Source: Azolla caroliniana (lineage: Eukaryota; Plantae; Polypodiophyta). From it: DNA of 18,076 nucleotides. Within the stretch, counting starts at the first letter, position 1. Each line of letters begins with the position of its first letter. The stretch covers positions 1 through 18,076 of the forward strand of contig JBHGNT010000668.1 of assembly GCA_043228905.1 (NCBI GenBank), in the 5' to 3' direction. The notes beneath the pieces were generated by a model. The model saw nothing but the letters and a program-made list of their open reading frames with translations. It searched no databases and had not been told where the DNA came from. Shown piece by piece: positions 10,631-18,076 of the stretch. The position numbers were made by a program, and so were the translations under genes.

Positions 10631-11489
10631 AGAGAGAGAGAGAGAGATTATATTATTGTCTTCGGAGGTCAAATATGACCTATGAGACCAAAAATATTAC
10701 ATTTCACGTGATACGTGTGAAGGTGAGTAGCGACTCTCGATTTTCAAGAACTTTACCAATGAATGTTGCAATCGAGAGTGCACATTGTGGTTGTGAGAAA
10801 TTCGTGCAAGAATTGGGCTCGATCGAAGAGATGTGGAAAGCATGGTCGAATATGATCAAAGGCAGAGCATTGTATCAAAGTGTGATACTCAGACTCTCAA
10901 ACTTGTTTAGGGCAAAGTGTGCATAGTTGGCCACTCTCATCACTTGTGCCCCAACGCCCTGTCTCACATCTCAATGCATGTGAGCTAAGTCGCATGTAAG
11001 AAATGGTTCGAATGGCAGATATCGGGATGGGCTCTAACATGTATCGATGTGTACCTTCCTTGTTCCGCAAAGAATATGGTTTTGTAGTTAGGTGCAACAT
11101 TTGTAGTATAATGTGTGAAGCGTGAGCCACCACATTTGCCCCATGTCATGATACATTGGCGTTGCAAAAAGGCCTCATTTGCTGAGGAATCTAGTGACGC
11201 ATCATGAAGCAAGTGTCTATCATCCCATCTACCAAACCATTTTTCTAAATCTTGCATCCAACTGGAACACAAAATTTTGCTTTTATGCGTCTTTTGGATC
11301 TTTTTGCTTGCTTCCCATGCAATTCTAGGAAGTCGATGTGAGGGTCTTTTTTGAACCTTAAGCATGTATTCTACAACCCTTTCCATGGCCATGATCTCAA
11401 TGGGAAGCGATCCCGTCTCAAGGAGGAGGGTGTAGGGCGTTTGTTTCTTAACTTGTAGAAACTTTGTAAGAAAACGTTTTTGGACATTT
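10631..11489 (-). mobile_element. 5'-truncated non-LTR retrotransposon (RTE/RTEX-like LINE), ORF2 C-terminus plus 3' UTR
   Basis: VQKRFLTKFLQV...LLETGSLPIE...RLPRIAW, then RLSSHALRCETGRW...CTLCPKQV*ESEYHTLIQC (CCHC knuckle). Probable stop near 10704, short 3' UTR with a hairpin, and (GA)8 on both flanks. Confidence 0.85.
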
Positions 11490-12364
11490 GAGAGAGAGAG
11501 AGAGATGAGGGTATTTGGATCCCCCAAAATGTAAAACTTTTTTTGGAAAAAAATTTTGTTTTATTAAAATGCATTTTTAGGGCACTTGATTCAGTTCACA
11601 TTTGCCAAGTGACCCAAATATGTCCTAGAAGCTCTTAAGAGAGTTATAGTATGAACGAGTCTTTATGAATCTACAAATGGAGAGCTTTTGAACCTTTATA
11701 CCCAGCAGATCAATAATAGAGTTTGGTAGGCACAAAGATAAGTAACTATGATGGCCTGAGGGTTCTTTACCAAAATCCACATGGCAAAGTCTGAGGCTAT
11801 GGTTGGGGTGGTGAGGCCAAGGTTGCTGCTGAAGACTGACTGATGCTTAGAGGTGAGTCATGGCTACTATAGGAACTATTGTGACACGATCTTGAAGATA
11901 TCTGAGGGAAGATAATGATAGATGAGGCTAGAAGACACTGCGACTCATACTGATGGACAGTTGTGATAGCTATAAACTGAGCATAAAGAGATGTAGTTGA
12001 TCAGGGCTTTGTGAATCTGAGCTACTATATCCTTTGCCTAGTTTGTTTCAGAGAGATACCATTCTTTTTCCAGTGATGGATTTGGATCCTTTGGGTGGAG
12101 TGGAGTACGGTTCCAAAGATGCTTAGGACATTTCTATCAGAGATAAGGAAAAAAGAGACAGTGAAATACAAATGTCTCTGAATTATGATACTGGCATGTA
12201 AGACCTAACAAAGACCACAGCATAGAGACAATTTATATTAATGTCTTTGAAAGATCATCCTTTAAAATCGCTTCCTACAATTAGTATTTTTTGAATAGAT
12301 GCAGACTGGAGTAACCTTTAGGCATTATATGGGTTGCTTGAAAGCACAATTACTACCCTATCAA

Positions 12365-13430
12365 GATAGATAGATATATAGATATCTTTTTAGCATCCAT
12401 AAAGAGGCCTATATTGACTGACCCATGGGACCCGAGTATACGATTTTTTGATGTGTGTCTTCGTCCTAAGAAGGAAATTCATACGAATCACAAAGTCTCT
12501 GCGTCAATAAGTCATACACATATGTGGTCAGCTTTCTAGGCTGTTTCTTAAAGTATGATACACTAGTCATCACCCCCTCTTAATATGTCATTGTAGCTTT
12601 TAGGAACTGCACTACATGTTGAGCATGTAGAAAGCAAGTGACTCATCGTCTGCTAGGCCGTCATCCCATACCTTATATGCCTTCAATACCTAGCTTGTGT
12701 GAATTGAATGTGAAGGCTTTACAAGAATTAATACTCATGTTGGCAATGAAATAAGGTTGAATACAATTATAGGCATTCTTGCCTTATAATGAACTCAACA
12801 TTCAGGGTTGATGTTTGCAATGTAATACTCTAAATTTGCCATTTTAGAATCTTCCCGCTTCTTCCTTAGTGGTTCCATTGACCGTTCCTCCATATACATA
12901 TTGCATAGCACCAGTTGAAAGCTTGAAGAGATCTCTGCACCCCATCTTTTGAACCATTTGTTGATGTCAGATACCCAACCAGATGAGGGAATTTTGTTTG
13001 TGATTTTTTTTCTGGATTACATTCAACAATTCAAGCAAGATGTGGCAATCTATGATTTGGCATATTCTTGACTTTTATAATGTATCTGTATACTATTTGT
13101 AGTGTTGAGACCTCTATGGGTCGAACACCTGTTTCCAAGAGTATAACCTTGCAGAAGGTGGCAGATTTTTCTCCCAATTGTCTCCTTTGAAATATCTTTT
13201 GAATATTCTCAATCTCATCCCATGCATTAAGAGGGATAGTGCCACCTCCTATTTTCACTCCATAAAGCAAGACTTGGGTTCCCATGCCATTAAATAACAT
13301 TGATTTCACTTGCCATCCACAAGTATCACTTTGGTTGCATTGATTCTCTAACATGTAGTAACTTTTTCAAGATACTTAAAGCTTTGCACAAATTGTACAT
13401 ATTCTCCGTTATATGTAAGCATAGGGTATT
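12365..13430 (-). mobile_element. Second, more decayed RTE/RTEX-like LINE fragment
   Basis: TYNGEYVQFVQSFKYL (RT end), VLLYGV...IQKIF...LLETGVRPIE...RLPHLA, SGWVSDINKWFKRW, SHKLGIE, DE-HLLSTC, all collinear with the 10631-11489 copy. (TATC)n-like tail at 12365-12385. The 5' boundary is approximate. Confidence 0.8.
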
Positions 13431-14648
13431 GGTGAGGTTGATGGGGTGGAGAATGTGTCTTTGGTGTTATGTAATAATGGCCTTGATCTTATGAATTGGT
13501 CACCACTTCTCTGAGCCGTGTTTGCACTTTGTCCAGTGCCACGTAAGTTGCATGGATATCTGACCGGTAGAGATTTGAGAGACAAGTGGAGTATATCTAA
13601 GGAATTAAGGCAGAGATGGATCGGTTGAGTAGATAGATATTAATAGGGAATTGAATAGAGGGAATATAAAAGAAACTGATTACAAAGACTAAACAAGAAT
13701 TAAATAGATAGTTCCTTAATTATATAATATGGAAAAATTGATTACAATAGTTGAGCTATCACCCCACTAGAAAGCTTGTTGCTTTGTCATTCCTAAAGCC
13801 TTAGGGTTTATAGATGCTCCTTTAGGTGCATGCAATTGCTTTTGTTTTTTCCTATTCCCTCTTCAATTAAGTCTGAATTATCCTTTTTACACTTGCACAC
13901 TATATGCCCTTTTTGAAGGGCATGTAGCTTTAGATCATGTGAAAGAAATAAAGGCTGAGGAGCGAGCATCTGGAGGCTTGGTAATATTTATAGATTAAGG
14001 TTACAAGAGTGTTTATATCCCAGACATTAACATGTATGCTCTTCGATGTGGGATATAATTATTTTTCTCCTTTTCACACACCCTTACAAGCCATAGCTTT
14101 GGCTTGGTTTAGCCAGAGGGCACTTCTTGTGTGAAAAGCAACACAGCTGCAGGGCATTTGCTGTTATGGAACGAACTCTGAAATGCTCTATGCATGAGAA
14201 AATTACAAGAATAAGATTACAACACCTCAATGAAATATAACTAACAAGGTCTGCTAATGGCAGTAGATCTACCAAGCTGGATTTGTAATTATTGATTGTG
14301 CACCTTAAATACTGTACCATTACTTTATTTACCTGTTATCGTTGTCCATCTGTGACTACCTCTAGAGAGATTTGTCTGAAACCAGGAGAGATAGAAGGCC
14401 TTTCCTGAAACAAAGATAATTTGAGATCTACAATTATTCAGGGTGTCATCAAGAAGCCCACAATATATATAGAGTTGGGCAATTTTTTCCAGTGATTGTG
14501 TTAGGCATGAGCCATCGTTGTGAATTGTGCTACCCCAGCAAGATATAATTGAAGCCATAAGAAATGGGAGATTGTGACAGAAACCCATGGAAATTGCAGA
14601 ATAGTCTTGGTAGGAATGGCTAAGGATGCGCTGGAAGCATATTTGCAT

Positions 14649-14926
14649 TATCTTTTCAAAACGATCCATGAAATTATGATCTTGATGAGATAATGTCATT
14701 ATTTCATTTTCTGCTGCTTCTGTAAGAAATATAGCAAAATTTGAGATTTCTAGATCCTGGCTTAAAGGAATCAGATGACATGGAATGATATGCTCATATA
14801 TCCTTTCAAAACAATCCATGAAATTATGATCTTGAAGAGGTAATGTCGTCAATTAATTTTCTGCTGCTTCTGTAAGAAATATAGCAAAAATCGAGATTGC
14901 TGGATCCTGGATTTAAGGAATCAGAT
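14649..14926. repeat. Tandem duplication, period 150 bp
   Basis: 14649-14776 vs 14799-14926 share ATCCATGAAATTATGATCTTGA, ATTTTCTGCTGCTTCTGTAAGAAATATAGCAAAA and AAGGAATCAGAT at exactly 150-bp spacing. Confidence 0.92.
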
Positions 14927-15996
14927 TCATGAAGTGAGAATAGATGCAAAGGTTGGTACATGACTGCATTATAAGACAAAATTAAACTAGAGACGGTTTA
15001 CTCCACGTGAGTCTCATAGCTGGTGTTTGACAAGACTGCTCATAATAGTTGGGCAATGACGTGCATACTAGCTTGTCTCCATTCTTTGTTGATAAGATGA
15101 AGTATTGAGCTGCCCTATGTATATGCGAATTGATGTGACGTGTGCTTGGGTTGAGTAACGAAGCCATCTAGGGACATCTATCTTTGTGCCTTGCTATGTC
15201 CTTATTACTCATTTGGAACATGTTTTATTGGTCTATTCCTTATTCTCCATACTATTGTAATATTATGGGGAGGTGAATTGTCTATTTGGGAAGGGGTTAA
15301 GATCTAGTAAGAGACCATAGACTGATGGTTTTGAAGATAAAAGAATGCCTAGTTGTTATTGCCAACCAGAGGATTCAAGATCCTGCATAAAGACAAACGA
15401 GCAGGTTTAGATTCCCACCCATACAAACCATGTTCACAGACCCCTTTAACATTGATTATAAATAAAGTCAGAGTCTGAGATGTGACCCAAAGTTGTTGCT
15501 GACAATCGAACCATTGTGTTTTGTTGCAATGCCTTGAATCATCAATTGCCATATCAAATTTGTTTTCCTTTCAATGGTGACCATAAATGTTTGCAACAAA
15601 ATTTAAGCTTCCAATATCTAGATTACATTTTCAAGGTGAAGTCATGGAAAATACATCATAACACTACAAAGTTATGTCAGATTGTTTCATCAAGGAGCAA
15701 GCTTAGATGGAATGGTAAGAACTGACAAATCAAGCTGGAGTACTCAACATGGGTGCTTGTTTACTGTATATTCTTCTCTTCTATATGCTGTAATAGTTTA
15801 TTTCTCACTACACATTAGGGTCTGTCTCTATGTCTACCTTCAGTATCGCAGCATGTTTTGAATATTTATATTGTCGTAACAAAATTGTCTGATTAATCTT
15901 CATCCCAATAATGTTTGACCAAAAACATTTATTTTCTGGAAAAATGTGTGAATGTGTAACCTCACTAGACCAAGATTTCTTTTCCGTTTCCCTCAG

Positions 15997-16119
15997 GTTG
16001 CTGATCTTGGTCTCTCAAAAGTCAAACAACAAACTTTTGTATCTGGTGGTGTAAGAGGAACACTCCCATGGATGGCCCCAGAATTGCTCAATGGCAATAG
16101 CAACTTGGTCTCTGAAAAG
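15997..16119 (+). CDS. B4 Raf-like kinase exon 6 (DLG, activation loop, APE)
   Basis: [41 protein letters not shown]. Donor AAG|GTGGCG at 16120. Confidence 0.95.
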
Positions 16120-16201
16120 GTGGCGATGAGCAGGATTATATTGAATGAATGCAATAGAATAAAACCACCACTAATAGTTCTGTGTATTATCTTTTAAAAA
16201 G

Positions 16202-16289
16202 GTTGATGTGTTCTCGTTCGGCATAGTCATGTGGGAGCTTTTAACAGGAGAGGAGCCATATGCAAACATGCACTATGGGGCAATCATTG
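16202..16289 (+). CDS. B4 Raf-like kinase exon 7 (subdomain IX; absent from ORF track)
   Basis: Translated by hand: [29 protein letters not shown](G). Acceptor AAG at 16201, donor G|GTAATT at 16290 (phase 1). Confidence 0.95.
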
Positions 16290-16469
16290 GTAATTTGATT
16301 ATATAAAAAATAGGGGCACTTTTTGATAATTTAGAAACACCTAGAGGTATTGCAGTAATCTAGAGAAACATTGGTATTCTGGTAATTTGTCAAGTAGTTA
16401 CAGTATTTTGTTGTTTTCCCGTATGTATATGCATTACCAACTAATCTAATTCCAATCTAAAATGTAAAG

Positions 16470-16660
16470 GAGGGATTGTGAACAATAAGTTACGGCCGAC
16501 GGTTCCCAAATGGTGTGATGTTGGATGGAGGTCATTGATGGAGAGATGTTGGGCAGCAGAACCGGCAGATCGGCCAAATTTCTCTGAGGTTGCAGCAAGT
16601 CTACGAGCAATGGAAGCATCCCTATCGCTAAACCCAAAGGGCCTTACATTCAAACAATGA
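16470..16660 (+). CDS. B4 Raf-like kinase last coding exon
   Basis: (G)GIVNNKLRPTVPKWCDVGWRSLMERCWAAEPADRPNFSEVAASLRAM...KQ then TGA at 16658-16660. Acceptor AAG at 16469 restores the frame. Confidence 0.93.
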
Positions 16661-16764
16661 AAACTCTTTACTTGTTTGAGTGTGTACAAGTATCTCTATC
16701 TAGTTTCCTACCAAACTATTTACATGTTGGAGTGTGTAAAAGTATACCTATCTAGTTTCCTACC
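16661..16764 (+). repeat. 52-bp tandem duplication at the start of the 3' UTR
   Basis: 16661-16712 vs 16713-16764, 46/52 identical. Confidence 0.9.
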
Positions 16765-17758
16765 TATTTATTGATTGTGAAAAGAACTTCATTCTTCGGT
16801 CCTATGTAATTTTAGAAACGATTTCTCTCTCATGATTTGTATAATGGTACTGAAGCCCATGGAGCTTGTATGGCATACATGCCTTAGCAAGGTATAATAT
16901 CTGAACATGAAAGTTTTCATGGCTTGTATGTATTTTTCATACCTCCCAATTTGATTGGACATTCATATTTTTGAAAGAAAAGAAACAAAAATCAATTATA
17001 TAACTGTTTCACTTCAAAAGACATATAATCATGTAGTATGATTGGTTATATATGGCCCGGTTTTCTATTAATGAGGGAAAAATCATAGGATCTAACTAAA
17101 TAAATTTAAAGGTCGTGACTCTATGCTAGTGGTGGACTAGAGTATAATTGGCCTTATTCTAGGTGATATGGTTACTATCTAGAGTGCTATTATTGGTTGT
17201 TAGAATCATGAATTATGATATAAATTGAAGTAAAAATAACATCATATTGCTAATGTGATTGGGTATTGTACATGCATCATTAAAGTTTATTCATTGACAC
17301 TAGTTCTCTTTTTGGTTGGAACTTGGAAAACATGTATGGGATCATATTCATGTATCAACCATGTGTAAACACAATATGGGTTGCATTTGCATCATTTGGG
17401 TCTAATATTTAACTGGGTTTTGGATCCATAACATGGAATCCATTTTGAATTTTGATTCGTTTTTGGATCCTTTAAGTTTTAGATGCTATAGTTTGAGTGC
17501 AGAAAACCCATGATATGCAATATTTTCTTTCTAGGGAGCTCGGCGTGGTACAATCCAAGTTAAGCTCTATTAAGACTTGATCCACAAGCCCAACTTTAGC
17601 TCTTAAATGTTGATATATTGAAATTATCTAATGAGCATATGAAGAAGGATAAGAATGAGGAAACATAACAACAAAATCATGTAGGAGAACACAATGGTTT
17701 CAAAGGATTGTGACATTTCAAAGAATCATGACTAGCGTGGGGTAGTTCATATTTAGAT

Positions 17759-17854
17759 GTTGGAGTACTAACTTACTTGGAAGCATTTTGATTTTTTTTA
17801 TTGAACCATGATTGTGACTTGACATTGATTGAAAGTTGGAGCACTAACTTACTT
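17759..17854. repeat. 20-bp direct repeat, 76-bp spacing
   Basis: GTTGGAGTACTAACTTACTT (17759-17778) vs GTTGGAGCACTAACTTACTT (17835-17854), 19/20 identical. Confidence 0.75.
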
Positions 17855-18076
17855 TTTGCATGTTCGAGTAGTTTCAATGACAATTAAAGACAATTAAAAA
17901 CATGGATGTTCTTAAATTTTTCAAGGATATTCAACTCCTCATGGATCAATTCGGATTCCAATACATATATTGATATAATATCTCAAAAACTATAGGAATT
18001 AAAATTTGGATAGTCAAGACTGGTACATCTTACCTTGGGTTTGTATCATATGCCCTCTTGTAAGTGAATAACATTT

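Larger units (their letters stand above)
9409..11707 (-). mobile_element. Old internally deleted copia element 2 with insertions nested in its 5' LTR
   Basis: TG...CA ends and perfect GATCA target-site duplication (9404-9408, 11708-11712). Decayed PBS TGGTATTAGAG (10207-10217), PPT remnant near 9733-9745, and a 487-bp internal region. Confidence 0.88.
10220..11707 (-). repeat. 5' LTR of copia element 2, split by about 1.2 kb of inserted DNA (about 10285-11489)
   Basis: Begins TG two bases after the PBS. The two halves are collinear with 9409-9732 once the insert is removed. Confidence 0.8.
2946..15996 (+). other. 13,051-bp transposon-rich intron inside the kinase domain
   Basis: GT at 2946 and polypyrimidine-CCTCAG acceptor at 15996 join ...RPICK|VADLGLSK... 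in frame with no missing kinase motif. Confidence 0.9.

Noticed and set aside
11490-11574. N-terminal parts of ORFs 10985-11527 and 11371-11574 as a real LTR-LINE fusion gene
   Set aside because: Chance read-through from LTR sequence across (TC)n into a truncated, frameshifted LINE.
13630-13640. TAGATAGATAT as the target-site duplication partner of 12367-12377 for LINE 2
   Set aside because: Low-complexity match, and 13430-13630 could not be shown to be LINE sequence.
13470-13770. Gypsy-like solo LTR (TGTAAT...ATTACA, 13470-13746) with a nearby PPT-like CCCCAC
   Set aside because: The flanks TGTTA and ATAGT do not form a target-site duplication, there is no second copy, and the PPT is not adjacent.
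13901-13926. Hairpin ATGCCCTT-tttg-AAGGGCAT
   Set aside because: An isolated 8-11 bp stem is expected by chance and is too short for a miRNA or MITE.
8927-17854. Repeats as a CRISPR-like array or prokaryotic system
   Set aside because: Each repeat has only two degenerate units, there are no spacer arrays or cas-like genes, and the context is a spliced plant gene.
16800-18076. Downstream gene or transposon
   Set aside because: AT-rich, with no ORF of 60 aa or more, no termini and no motif I can support.

Overview
Eukaryotic land-plant DNA (a fern or other large-genome non-angiosperm is plausible, but that is inference). The window holds most of a + strand B4-type Raf-like (PB1-domain) protein kinase gene: 8 exons from 3 to 16660, about 1003 aa spliced, with the 5' end outside the window. 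The kinase domain is split just before the DLG motif by a 13,051-bp intron (2946-15996) full of retroelements, all antisense to the host gene. These are: (1) a full-length but disabled Ty1/copia element (about 3562-8429) with a non-canonical non-CA LTR end and a 62-bp U3 deletion in its 5' LTR; (2) an old, internally deleted copia (9409-11707, GATCA target-site duplication) whose 5' LTR carries two stacked insertions in one GA microsatellite, one clearly a 5'-truncated RTE/RTEX-like LINE; (3) a second, divergent LINE of the same type (about 12365-13430); (4) degenerate 140-bp and 150-bp tandem duplications. I see no convincing wholly new biological system. The best candidates for novelty are the apparently microsatellite-targeting RTEX-like LINEs with a shared 3' stem-loop, and the non-canonical copia termini.
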